The notes beneath the pieces are model-generated. The model was not told the DNA's origin, made no database searches, and was given only the letters and a program-made list of their open reading frames with translations. A stretch of 64,000 nucleotides of DNA from positions 3,720,001-3,784,000 of the forward strand of contig JBLDXI010000042.1 in NCBI GenBank assembly GCA_047495785.1, in the 5' to 3' direction. A program made the translations under genes and the position numbers. This document shows, in pieces, positions 25,524-38,918 of the stretch. Numbering within the stretch: position 1 is the stretch's first letter; each line of letters opens with the position of its first letter. This DNA comes from Lepidodermella squamata. Lineage: Eukaryota; Animalia; Gastrotricha.

Positions 25524-26759
25524 ATGAGCTATAATATCATTGATAAACATAATTACCTTATAAATATGTCACAAGGCCAGTTATGCCTTGCGAATTGCTC
25601 AAGAAGTTACCAAGACGATTATGCGCAGCATTTCTCGGCAGAATACAGCTGCGAAAACACGCGACTTTTCGGCCAAACGGATGACACTTTGAGCCCGATT
25701 ACAGCTGGCTTCGATATACTTCGCGGTTATGGCGCCATTGCTCGTTGTTACAGAAAATTAGCTCGGGCGAACAACCAATCGACCTTGGGTTACATTTTTA
25801 CGAGTTCGATCAGCGAATGGCTGCATTTGTTTGGTTCAGTTCAATTGAACGAATGCCTGTTAATACTCACCATGACAATAGCTTGGACATTGGCTCGGAT
25901 AGTTTCGGAAAAACTCGTTACCTCAGTAAGCTAGATAATCAATGCTTTGATGCATTAACTGATCATTTCTTTATTACAGCCGTTTTCAGGATGGATTGGT
26001 ATGCTTTCAAAGAATCGGCCAAAATTCAACGAATCCGCTTGGAAATGTTTCGCGTATTCTGTGATGTGGAGCATCGCTTTTTACATAACTTTCTTCAACG
26101 GCCGCGATTTCTTTCAAGATCCAATTAACATGTTCCGACCATCTGCCAACGTCGGAGCTGATTTGGTCTTCATTTACGCGCTTGAATTCAGCTTTTACGT
26201 TCATTCGATCTACGCTTCGTTGTACATGGATGTTCAACGAAAAGATGCGGCTGCTATGATGCTTCATCACGTTGTTACTTTGACGCTGATTTTCGCGTCG
26301 TATAAAGTAGAAAAGTTGACGATTGGCGTGTTTATTTTCGTTCTGGACGATGTCAATGATGTGCTGTTGGAGGCTGGCAAGTCCTTCACGTATCTGCGAC
26401 GAACTTCCAAGTTTGGCTACAGCAAGCTTATGGATGCAGCAGCTAATCTTTGCGCAGCTTTATTCGCAATTTTGTGGTAAGGGTTCTGCAATTTTTCAAG
26501 TTATCAATAGCCACAATTTCCTGCTTTTGTTAGGGTCGTGAACCGTTTGTACCTACATGTGACCAAGGTATGGCGAGGTGCTGCTTTTGGAGCTTGGGTG
26601 TCAAGTCCGACATTGCCGTTTCGTCTTACTTTTCAGCTCAATGTTGCTTTCGCAAGTCTTTACGGATTCTATTGCTATTGGTTCTATTTCATTGCTCGCA
26701 TGGTGCATCGCGTCTTTGTCTATGGCGATAAGGAGAATGAAGACCCACGTGAGGACTGA
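25524..26759 (+). CDS. CERS1: Ceramide synthase (LAG1/CerS1-like), paralog 3; exons ~25524-25925, 25980-26476, 26534-26759 (start ATG 25524 or 25566)
   Basis: KFNESAWK, RKDAAAMMLHHVVT, DDVNDVLLEAGK, EDPRED; second intron at the same TG|G position as in paralog 1. Confidence 0.88.
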
Positions 26760-27320
26760 ATGTATCCTTTCTTCCAGCCAATGTGCTTTACTTCATAATG
26801 TATTTCGATGTTTTTTATTAATCCCATTTCAATACTGATTAAAATGATGCATTCACAAAACTTGGGGGAATTTTGTCACCTTGGAATTTTGACATTGTTT
26901 CAGCGAATGACTGGCAAGTTTTTTGCTTGGGAAGCGGAGGTTGAAATGCTTGTTCACCCAGTGGATTCACATACCACAACGCCTAAGTAGCTATTATTAT
27001 TTCTAATGTAATGAAGAAAGGAGAAGCAAATAGAGAAAAAACTATAAACAGCTCTCAGAATATGGGAAATAGAGATCGATTTTGATAGCGACAAGCATAA
27101 CATTCGCTCTCTGTAGTACGTGTTAATTAATAATGCGCGCCCGGTGACCACTAGGTATATAAGCAGATTGCGCAGACTGATGGTCGCTTAGAGGTGTTGT
27201 AAGACGATCGGAATCGATTGAAGTAAGACAGCCCAAACAAAGCCTTTTACATTTTCGTAAGCCGGCTTGTAAAATGAAGCGCATTTCTTACCGCGTAGGT
27301 TAATACAGTCAAAGTGACCA

Positions 27321-28983
27321 ATGTCCAAATATTATAGGAACATTGTGATTTGGCTCAGAAGCGTCTATCATCAGGTTACAGCCAGATTTGGTCTGGTTGT
27401 AATCATTTGCTCAGTGACATGTCTCGGAGTAGTCTTTATTCAATTCGGGGCTTCAACTTCAAGCAGTTCAGTTCACCATGCTTATGAATTGAAGAAGACT
27501 AACACAACTGCTAGCAAAGATCCGATTGTTTTTAATCGGCTTAAAATAATAAAGTCACCCAACTTACCGCCAGTTAGCGAGGCTGTAACGACGCAAACTA
27601 CTGCAGCAAAACCGACAGTGACATTTCCTGACGACCCGCTAATCGACGTCGAAACACTTACCCTCTTCAAACAGTGGCTCCGCGAACGGTATTTAGAAGG
27701 CTTCGTCGCAAAGCAATTGATGCCCTTCAGCGCGAAGCAAGTCGGAAAGAAGAAGCCATCTTCCGATTGGAAACAGACTCGTTTTATAATTTACGCCTGT
27801 GATGGTGGCTGCGGCGGTTGGGGAGATCGCGTTCGAGGAATAGTCGCTGCATTTTACCTGGCAATGCTTTCCGGGCGGGTTATGTGGCTGCGAGCTACTC
27901 AGCCGCAGCCTCTCGAGCGCTACTTCTATCTCAACGGCGATAACTATGCACCACACCTTGTATGCGCTAAGAGATTCCTTGCATTTTCTCATCGAAACTT
28001 TGTTCATAACCTGTTTTCATGCGTAACCTATGCCTAAGCCTATTACTTTCAATTCTTCTCGCTTTTAAGTCTTCATACGTGTCTTTCAGGGTCCTTTTCG
28101 TATCAACGAAACTACTCTGGCTAGCGAAGCTGCTAAAGCCGTTTACTACCTAGTTGATGCCCACTCGACTGCTTTCTTCGCCGACACCAATTTCACGGCA
28201 GCCCACGACCACGAACGTGCCTTAATGCTGCATAGCAACATTCAGTCCGAAGAGCTCTTCGCAACAAATTCCCTCTTCGATAACCCGGAATTCGCTGACA
28301 ACTTCCAGTATTACATTGGCGACTTCCCTCGTTATTCCCAGCTAAACCAGAGAACATTGGAAGCAGCTGCAGTTCAGCTACTACTAGCCAGGCCTAGATC
28401 TTCTTTGGAACAATTGTTCGACACTTGGCTTAAAAAAGCGAAAGTGACAGCTGATGAGTGGCGGGTTGCGACGAAAATTGGTCTGCAGATTCGCATTGAA
28501 CAACCAGCCTGGGCGGAGGAAACCCGATACCGGGTCTTGCCATCTCAGACCCACTGCTTCATCGGCGAACTCTGGCGTCTGATCGCCAACCGTAACTACG
28601 ACCCGCAGAAGGTTATTGTCTACGTAACAGGAACCGATGTCGGAATGACAAAGGCTGTCATCGCGTTTCTTCAAGCATCAGGTCTCCGGGTTGTCTCCAT
28701 GATGGATGACATCCATCCACCGGTGAATATTGACCGATTAGCTGGTGGAGATGCTGATAAGGCGATGCTTCGGACCCTGGTTGACTGGTACATCCTGACG
28801 CAGGTTGATGCTTTGATCGGGAGTAAGAGTGGTTTTGTTAAAAGTGCGAGTTTACTGACGGCTGTTCCACTACGGCTCTTTGCTCACTTGAGATCCCTCG
28901 CGAATGATGCGTCGTGTTTGTTTGACGATCATCTGGTTATAAAACAGGATGCCATTACCTTAAGGAAAAATGCTACTGAATAG
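27321..28983 (+). CDS. Type II membrane fucosyltransferase-like (GT-B, O-FucT/FUT8/NodZ/GT37 superfamily); exons 27321-27959, 28090-28983
   Basis: N-terminal TM and S/T-rich stem; CGGWGDRVRG...AMLSGR; motif I IGLQIR; motif II VYVTGTD; motif III DWYIL...SKSGF...A. Confidence 0.75.
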
Positions 28984-29530
28984 TCATTTCCAGCCTTGAA
29001 TAGTCTTGAAGAATAAAGACCCAAAATAAACCTCTAGATCATCGTTTTTGAGGGACCCGACCAAAATGAGATTGATAATTTCAAGATTCTTTCAAACTTT
29101 GGTTGATAGGTTGTATTTTGGCTTGGAACTTCGGGAATTGCCTCCAAGGTAACTTCAGCTTGTCATCCAAAAGCTTGACTTTCCAAGCCAGGAATCTACG
29201 TGATGGTTTCAGATTTCCAATCTCAACTTGACATTTTCCAAAAATTACGCTATCGCGGTTGTAGATCAGTTTGTCATTTTTATTTCTTTTGCCGTCATTT
29301 TTTTCCAAGAAAATCAATTTTACTTGTTTATGATAATATAATGAAAGATTTCAAAACCGCCATCATGAAAACGCACACTCATTTGAGACAAAAGGTAATA
29401 TAGTATAAAAAAATTCCATCCGAACCGAAAAAAAATCCAACGCAAAGAATAGCATATATACATGATTTTTTTGCAAGACGTAGGTGATTTTCGCTATTAT
29501 AAATATTTTTTATACACAACTTTATACATG

Positions 29531-30873
29531 CTACACAGCACGTTTACGTGGTATTGGCTTTCGATCGTCGAGCGATGATTTTGGACACTTGGCATATTGC
29601 GAATAGGTTCGAGCGATTGATTGCATAAACTTGACAACGTCGTTACAACCGGGTGCAGTCTGAATGGCTACGGACTCACAATTTAGCCACCTTGAAAAAA
29701 TTAAAATTGAATTAAATTAATCTATGAATTGATTTCAATTATAAAATATCAACTTTTGAATTTTGAAAATTTAAATTTTGAAATTAATAATATAAATTTC
29801 AATGCAAAAAATGTTTACTCGCAAAAATCTTCCAGCACGCCAGCTTCTGTTAGGACATCTTGAAGCGATTGCGTCTCAGACTTGCAAACGGAATGATCGA
29901 AGAGGTACAGGCCATTGAGGAAGGGTGAAAGCGCGGCGAGTTTCGGGTGCCGGTTGTGCGCCGCCGGTAGGAGAACTTCGCGCAACCGCGGCCTGACGTA
30001 GCACGCCGAGTTGTTAGCCAGATAGTCAAAAAATTGGCAGCCTTGGCAGTACTTGGCAACCGATATTGTTTCGATCATGCGCTTCAGCTTGCTAATCGAT
30101 GGCGTCTGCAACGCGCTTGAAATGCACGATAGCAGGCTTAGATCTTCGCATTCGTAAATGCATTCTGAAGTAATTCTAACGTCGCCCCTGAAAAAAAGGA
30201 AAAAAAATTTGAATCGATGAAAAAATCGAAACGAATATCGATTTTGGAAATTGACCTAATTTCAAATATTGGGACAATCGAAAAAAATGCATGCAATTAA
30301 AACGATGACCTCCCAAATGATGAGCCATTGCTATGTTTTTTCTTTCGGTTTCCAAAATATTGAAAATTTCAGCCTAGTAAATTATGAGTCACCAAGCTAT
30401 AAAACATCAATAATTATTTATCCAATCGATGTTGAAGCTAACCCAATAACTTCCGTGACCTATATTTCCGCAATTTATTGCTGTATATTATTTGTAATGA
30501 TTAATAAAAAACACATTTCCGCCTTCGATTTTTTTTCTAAAATCGAATATCTCCGTAATTTAAATTGGGTTATTTTCTAGAAAAAATCTGAAAAAAATTG
30601 AAAAAATATTTACTTGCAACGAGGTTCTTCGTCGTCTTCATCGGCAGGCGGAGTTGTCGGCCACAGGCTCATTTCGGCGTCCAACACACAACTGCGGTAG
30701 CAATGTCTAGCCTCTGCTTCCTGCGACGCGTTCGGGTTATCAACAGGATTCGCCGATACCAGCTCGGCAACGAGGGCGGCCATTAAAAGTACCGTCGAGG
30801 AGGTGATGACAACGAAAGCACCAGTAGTCTGAAATCGTTTACATGTTGATGAGCATTTTTGTCTACAGTGCAT
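29531..30873 (-). CDS. Secreted Cys-rich helical protein (DUF19-like Cys spacing, tentative); at least 3 exons, start uncertain
   Basis: Signal-like hydrophobic stretch ...LLMAALVAELVSA; exons ~30873-30615, ~30187-29819, ~29690-29531 splice in frame; ~14 Cys including CxxxC pairs. Confidence 0.65.
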
Positions 30874-33016
30874 TTTCTATATAAACAGAGATTGAAGATG
30901 ATGATGAAAATGTTAGGTTTTTTTTGACGGAACAAAAGGATGAGGCATAGCTGTGGGCAGGAACGTGATTTTTCACTCGACGTAATTCGATATCTAGAGT
31001 GAAACTTGTCATACGCCATGTCGCGCCCTTCTTCTTGATCTTTGCGATGGCAAAAGAATTATACGCCGCGCGTCCAAGCTGACTATTAAAATCGCTTATG
31101 CATGAACGCGCTGTTTAAATGCGCGAAAAATCGCAAAATCGATGGCATATAATGTCATTAGTCACCCTGGCAAAATACGCGCGCTAGCCGCATAATAACA
31201 AAAAGGCGGAGCGCGCAAATCGGGCCTCGATAATAACAGTTTTGCCTAGAAAAATTTAACGGCCGGGCAGAAAATCACGGAAATAAAATTTAAAAAATTA
31301 AGATAATTATATGTGCGAGACATGGAGTGTAAAAAAAATAAAAAATATGCTATAGCAGCAAAATTACCGGCTGCCTCTTTTATTACTATCGAGTAATTAG
31401 CTCGGAAAAATATTTGCACAGATGCGTGTAAAATATATTAATTATCATAATATTATATTGGCGTCGAAAAACTGCTGAATAAATAAAAAAAAATTTCGAA
31501 ACAAATAATTCTGCGCGTGTCGCTACAAAAACTTTTTATCGCAAAATCGTAAAAACTTCTAAACAAATTTTCACGTAAAATCCTATAGTTGTTGTAAACC
31601 AAGTAATAGCCGGCTCAATGTGCGGTTGTAATAATAATAATAATAGTAATGAAATAAAATAACTGCTTTTTACACCGGCTAGAATATAACGCCACACGGT
31701 GGTATGAAGCCAGCGTGTTTGCTAACGGCTGTATATGCCATGTGAATGAATATATATACCTGAGCCTAAATGGCGCAAAAAAGATGGCAAAAATAGTTAT
31801 ACGATAATATATAGGAATGCCTACTCACAATTATTACAAAAACACGTGCTGTACACCGTTGCGTGCTATTATACAACGGGTTTTTTCGCGTCGGCAGCTG
31901 TGCGTAACGTCGTCGACGACGTCACTCATCGACCGCGGCGCACAGGTAACCTATAAAAAGCGCGACTTTTATACTTTTTTTACGCGCAATATATGCATTC
32001 ATAAAGCAGCAGAAATGGTACCACCGCCACCGCATATAATATTTCGAGGCCGACGCGGTAACAATTATAACAACATTTCCAGTTGCTATTATTGTTATTA
32101 TTATTGATGCATATATTTTTGCGCTCTTTTTGCGCGCCGTATAATATAACAACCGTGTTATAATTCTATTTGCTCGCCACCCTTTGGCGAGAGCGTGACC
32201 ATGCGCTCACTTATTTTTCCGCATTCATATAATATATTATTATGCATATCTGTGGTCAAATAAGTCTACAACACTCTTCTGATGAAACAAAACGGGATAT
32301 AGCAGATGCGGTGTGTTTTATTGATAGCAAAACGCTACTTGTAGACACCCTCCATTAGCACCTTGATTTTCGTGTATAACGCAATTAAAAGGCGCCGAAA
32401 AATCTCCGCTTTTCATTCTCGTCTCGTTTTTATTCTCAGCCAGTTATTTATTTATTTCTGCGCATTTGTTATTGCTGTTCATCACCGCGAAAACACCTCC
32501 TTCAAGTGAGCAAAAGGAGTAGAGGCTTGAGATTGTGTTAATAATCGACAAACACTAGCGCAGTAACGAATATATGTATTTGCTTCTACAACGATGCGTG
32601 TTATCATTTAATCAAACTAGCAACAATAAAGAAAGGGAAGCGAGAGGGAAAGAAAAATTTCCGGCGCAATACAATAACACGCTGAAAACAAAGGAAAATT
32701 TCGAGGCCATTTTATAAAAATTACCTACTGAGCTCGTTCAAATTTTACAAATCTTGAACTTGACAGATTGACTTGAAGAGTTTGCAGCTCAAAAATATAG
32801 GGTGCAAACTTTCGTACATAAATATGAAATTTTTACCTTTCATACATATTTTTTTCATTTCATTCGAGCTGGAAACGTAAAGAAACTGACAGCGGACTAG
32901 TTTTCGGTTTTTAAAAACTAAAAACGGGGTTCCAAAAACGTAGCCAATTTTTTCCACCTGAAAATGGTGAAGTGCAAGGGCCCTAAAATTGAACTATGGA
33001 AAAAATTGAAAATCGA

Positions 33017-33085
33017 AACCTAAACCTAAACCTAACCGCGAACCCTAACTAAGCCCTAAAACTGACCCTAACCCTAAACCCTAAC
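33017..33085. repeat. Degenerate (CCCTAA)n telomere-like tract
   Basis: aacctaaacctaaacctaacc...accctaaccctaaaccctaac. Confidence 0.7.
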
Positions 33086-33870
33086 TCCTATTCGTCGTGA
33101 TCGTGAAAAACACAATTTTATGAAAAAATATGCATGGAAGATAAACATTTCATACATAAATACGTATGGAAGAACACTTCGAAAAATATATTAAAATATT
33201 TACTTGTCTCGAAAGTTTGTAAAAATGGGACAGTATTTGTTTCAATAAGAAGCGGATAATTTGTGGGTGTTTAGGGTCAGGGAAACGTCAGGGAACCCAC
33301 AATGATTCATTCGGTAATTAAATGGAAATACTAACAAATCTGAGGAATTGAGTTGTTTGGAAAATCAAAACAAAATGTGGAAATTTCCGACTTCCAAAAA
33401 CATTTTGAGCGTTTCACCAAAATTTCCATAGTTCTATAAACTAGAATAATCCAGGATTTATTTGCGAAATTCCTCTGCAAACGAGAATAATCTGAATGGG
33501 ATGAAGCCTATTTTACATTTTGAACAAAGGTTGTTCTCATGGTTCAAACAGGTGGACCTCTCGTGGCTTCGATCTTCGGTTTCTACAAAAGGCTACCTTA
33601 ATAATCGCTGTCTACAATGATGGAGGAGTAAACTTCCAATAACAAAAATCATTTTATTTCGGTAAATTTTGACCAGAAGCATTCATTTTACCGGTTTCAT
33701 TATATCGGGAATTAACCAATCGAAATGATGAAATTAATAAGAATTGATGTACAAATTGCTATTACTTGGAAATTATTAATCACTCAAGATTCATAATATA
33801 ATGCCGTCATCTTATTGAAGTCAACAATTTATGAGAGAATATTGCTTTCCCGCATTCGAAAGCATCGTCC

Positions 33871-36832
33871 CTACCCAAGTCTGGTCTCGCAAATAAACCA
33901 GGTTTTAATGGTGCAATCGAGCGATGACCACCATCCTGTAAATAAGAAATAACTTGTAAATATGTTCGAGAATTCTTGAGATGACATACCTTCACCGTTA
34001 ACGTTGAAATAGCCGCAGAATGTTGCACTTGTGTATGTTCCAGGGTAGTTGGGCATCCAATTCGTATGCTCTAGATAGGGCTCGCCGCTTTCCCACGCCC
34101 AGCCTTTTGTTGTCGTATTCCAATACAAACCAATGTGATAATCAGGCATTTTGTACCATTGCTCTATTTCACAGTAGGTTGGAAGGGGAAATGCTTGAAT
34201 TCAGCAAAAGTTACCGCCCAATCGCATGAGCAATCCCATCAAGAAGTATTGTTCGTCTTTTGAGGTGATACTAACCAAGTACCAGCCATTTAACGCGCAA
34301 ATCGCATCAGCCTCAGCGTAGCTATTCGGAATCGTAAACAATTTGTAACAACTGCCTCGGAAATAATATGGACACCCTAATTCAAAGTTTCCATATTAAG
34401 GAGAATCATAAGCAAAATTCGACCCTTACAATCTTCCATGTTCATTTGGCACAAAGCGTTCCCAGTTTGCATTATTGACTCGACAGTCCAGTGGTATGGA
34501 TCAATTTGGGTCGACGTTTTAGTAATAGCTGCATACGGTGACTCGGGCAAATCGTAGGATTGGCCGATAGCCCAGTCAGATTCGGCTACAAAATTTCGTT
34601 CATTAATGGGATATAGTGAATTCATTACCAAATCATTGAATTCAGTACCAAACATCATTGAATTCTCTACCACACTATTCCAATCAGTTCCAAGTTCCCG
34701 ATTTTAAGGCCCAGCTTCTAACCCTAACCCTAACCCTAACCCTAGCCGAACCATAACCAAATCCTAACCCTAACCCTAACCAGTTAAATATAACCGAATA
34801 ACATGGCGAGGTGTTGAATTAAATGAAATTCATTAAGATTTTCCCTTCGTTTATAGGCGCCTAACTTACGACACATTGGTATGTCACAAGCCTCAGGCAA
34901 TCCTGTATCTTGGCGATAACACCACGGCTGATTCATAACGTTTTTATCCGGGCTTCGGCAAAACGCCATCGAGCTGTGCCAGTCGGGGAAACTCTGCCAC
35001 CAACCAGAGTAGTTGCCAGGGTTCCACGATTTGCAAGTCGCTCCGCTTACAGTGAGCGATTGGGTGCCCATGTATTCGCGACCAAGTGGGGTGAATCGGC
35101 ACGTTCTTGGGTATGACTGAGTTATTGCTGAAAAAGAACTCATGAGCTTGTGATAATCGCATGTTTGTAACTCGACTTACGAAACTCGCAAACTGCGTTG
35201 GTGATTGACGCGCAATTACCGTCGTTAAGCAATAAATACGACCCAGTACTGTCTTGCCTTCGAGTATTCGCAGGAATGCCACAGTTTTCACTGCCGCCGC
35301 CGTTGGGCTCTCCCGGATTCCACCCGCCAAAGTCGTAAATGAAGTTACTGTTGACCGCCACTCCATCGTTTAGTCCAGTCCAATTTCCCTCATGCCCAGC
35401 GTCAACATAATCGACCCAAGGCATGGCGGGTAGTGAAATACTAGCTGCGTAGAGGTAGCTACTTTTCCTCTTCCCGCCATCGGGTCGCGTAAATTTCCCG
35501 CCCATGCTTCTACACCAATTTTGCATGTTGTTGTAGTTCATTTGCTGAGCTCTTTGCATTACGAGGCATACATCGCGGTACCTGATGCCATATGGGCACC
35601 ACCCATCTCGAATATCTTTCACGTCGAATGTAACCGCATTAGGGGCGTTCAATTTTCCTGGAGTTCCTCGCCTGTGAAGCCAACACGTGTTGCCTGCTAC
35701 CGATTGAGGAAACCAGGCTCCGTGAACTGCATGCAAAAATTGGCGCATTTTCTTACGGCATTCCATCTCACTTTTCACATTAGGAAATCCAATGACATCA
35801 CCCCCGCCGAAGTCCAAGTTGATATGTGTTGTCATTGGTCGAGCGGAATGGACCTTTTCGAAACCCCAAACGTTTTCAGTCAGCTGCTTTAGATTGCTGT
35901 TGAATTCGCACATTTTGTACTTGAGAAAGCATTTTGTAGTCGCGTATTCGTAGATGAAGCCTACGCAACGGTCGCGATAAGTTCGATCGCATTTCTGCGA
36001 GCATTCGATAGGCGTCACAAGCGTAACCATGACAATATCGTTGCCAGGACAATCTCCTCGAAACGCTCGATAACCAGACACTTCTGTTAGCCGCAAAACA
36101 ACAAAAAGGTCATTCGCTTGAAGGTTAATCTAAAAATCTTACCATCTATTGGCCGCGGCCACAGCTGACTGTCGAAAAGCGCGTAACCTGTCCACCATTT
36201 TGCAACGTCTCCGTATTTATTTTGTAGAATCTTGTAAATATAAGACTTATTTTAATCCTTTTTCTTTTTTGCTTACATTGGTCTTTCAAGAATGACCGTT
36301 TGGACTTGGTTTCATTAAAACTATATATATTTTCATACCCGCTGTAAGCCAATTGTACCTGGTAAAGCCGATCTCGCTGTTCAGCGGTCTGGAACGTGAC
36401 CATTTCAGACATGAGCCTCTCCTCGCAAACTTGCCACGCATTTGATCGATATTTAGGAATCGAGTCCATGAAGTAGCATTTTCGCATTTTGAGATCCGCC
36501 TCCCATCCAGCTGGGCAGAACAGCTTTTTGAAGTACATGTTATGAAGCATACCAGTGTTGTCAACCATTAGATCAGGCAAAGGTTCAGCTAAATCAGGGT
36601 GGTAGTACAGCTTACAGCTGTTGAGTTCTTGGCTAAACGCAATGCTGCTCGCGTTTTTCAACAACGCATAGATGAAACATTGCCCCGGTGACGAGGCTTT
36701 GATGTCGAAAGCTGGCTCTAATGATCTTGGTAGCCTGTTCGATAGCTCAGGGTACGTCTGCCATACTTGCTCGTTTTCCTGAGCCGAAGCGGATAGGAAA
36801 CAGCATATTGCTAAAGTTGCCAGTCTTAGCAT
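33871..36832 (-). CDS. Secreted mosaic lectin: signal peptide, partial C-type lectin domain (CTLD), PAN/apple x2, CTLD with EPN motif, kringle, degenerate CTLD, CTLD; possibly disrupted near 34700-34800
   Basis: PAN DCPGNDI...C...C...C.GF.Y...CFLK; CTLD WNPGEPNGGGSENC...LNDGNC...AVCE; kringle GREYMGTQSLTVSGATCKSW...FCRSPD...PWCY...CDIPMC; last CTLD NWMPNYP...W.SLDC...FICE. Confidence 0.8.
34718..34781. repeat. Interstitial (TTAGGG)n telomere-like repeat
   Basis: About 6-7 perfect CCCTAA units plus degenerate ones. Confidence 0.85.
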
Positions 36833-38918
36833 TAGAATTGTACTGACTCAGCGGGTGTTTTTTATTAACGCTTGCCCTGCAGTTATGGACGTCTTTTCAA
36901 AGGGGTAGCAGCGCATTGCGATTCCGCATTTCTAAATCGATATATTTGTTTTTTTAGACTTCTTCAAATCCAGAAATCTCACCTTTGGTGCGCTAATGGG
37001 TGTGATAATTTGAGTTCTCTTATGTTAATAATTCGCAATAAAAACGCAGAAAAGCGTCGCCAGCCGAATAAATCGGGAAAAATGTTTTCGACCAAAACAA
37101 GGCGAATCTAGGACTAATTCGATAGACACCCATGTAGGTACTTTTTAAGCAATTTAGATATTGGATATTGGATATAATGAAAAACGCGGATGAAAATCTT
37201 TGCTTTTACCCACAATTTCATTCAATGATCAACATGAGATTTGCGTAATTGTACTTGTGGTACTGACGAAATACTGCAAATACCACTAAGTGCTTATCCA
37301 AAGTTGAATTACCAAAACACGATGAAATTGCTATCCCTTCAGGCATTTCACTTTCTTAATGGCACTGACAGCCAGAAAATATTTACCTGGGCCACTATTT
37401 CAGATTTCAGAGTGCGGTTATTAAACTAGCAACTAGCCCAACCTTTAATCTGGGTTAGTAAATGAACGCGCATTGGTCAGTTTCGTGGGAAATGTCGTGG
37501 GCTACGCGGGAATATCGGGCGATAAAAATGCATTCGCTCGGGAGCTATTATTCGATATTATGATGTTCTCGATCGAGGAACTCTCCACGAAAACACCAGC
37601 GGGAAGAAGCCTGGCGATGCATCTAGTGGAAACATACCGAAAGGTTTCGCCTGGAACCTGCAAAAGAGGCGGCTATTTAGTTTTGAAATGAGGAGTGTCG
37701 TACCCCCAGTTCGACAGGAAAAGTGGAAAAAAACCTATAAAACCACAGTGGACCCTTTGGTCATAAAATTAAGGCCCGACAATACCCCCTAGTTCGAGGA
37801 TCCTACTTCACGCACTGATGTTGGCCGTACAGTAGCCTACCGTAGACCTAAATCTGCCTGACTGGGGACGCTGAGATACAGTATGATCCCGTCTTGCTTA
37901 AGCAGGCAATTGTCTGGTGTAATCAGTGAATTCATTTGGAACCGAAAAAATGTAATGTGGAACCAAGAAAAAGTGCGCACGCTGATTGGTCAATCCATAT
38001 TGACTATTGGAATGACATTAAAAAGCATTATGGTCGTGCTTTCCACTGAAAAATTAATAATAAAAGATGACCTTGCCACATCAGTTGCAAGGTTTCTAAT
38101 AAACTCGGCTGTAAATCCCACGTAAATCGTGGTCAAATGCTCAAGAGCATCAAGAGAGCCAATAGCATTAAGATGTTTTCAATGTGCATATTTCACGTGA
38201 ACGGGCCCATGTGAACGGGTGAATCCACGTTATACCGCAAGAGTCGCATATACTGATGAAAAATCTATATTTGGATAATATAAACTTGAGCCAACTACAC
38301 ACCGCTTCACTATCCCCGCACGCCAACAATTCTATTTTTAGCTCAATAACGAAAAAATTGTCGCCTGTCATGAGAGTTGCTTGTTTCCACGTGAAAAGCA
38401 AAAGCCAGCATGAATGATGCAATAATTTGTATCACCCACAAAATAAATCACTGGCTTCTTGTAGCAATTATATTTCATACCCACATACCCACGTACCCAC
38501 GGCTATTTTCTCGACTTTGAAATCTTCAAAATTTGCATTGTCTGTTTATCCTATGACGAATTTGCTTGTTTTTGTCAGAGGAACGGGTATGTGTCGCAGT
38601 GGCTGCTGTTTTTGCACTATTTAACACGCTTGAAATTATAAATGAGGTTGTTTTTTTCCATTGTAAGAACCAGACACGAAACGATTTTGACGACAATTGA
38701 TGCTATAACTACCATTGTACGGCGACATTTACGCCGTCAAAATGCATCATTCCATTCATAAAATGTCGTGCGGCTGATTTTTTTCGACGGTCACGCCACT
38801 CTGCAGGTTCGCGCGAGTATTTAGGTTATCATCAAACCCCTCACCTCCCATCATTGTGAACCTTAAGTAAAAGCTGGAAATAACCGCTGAATAAGTTATA
38901 CTACTATAATAAACGTCG

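Noticed and set aside
33017-34781. True telomere or chromosome fusion site
   Set aside because: Tracts are short, degenerate and in the same orientation, with no head-to-head junction
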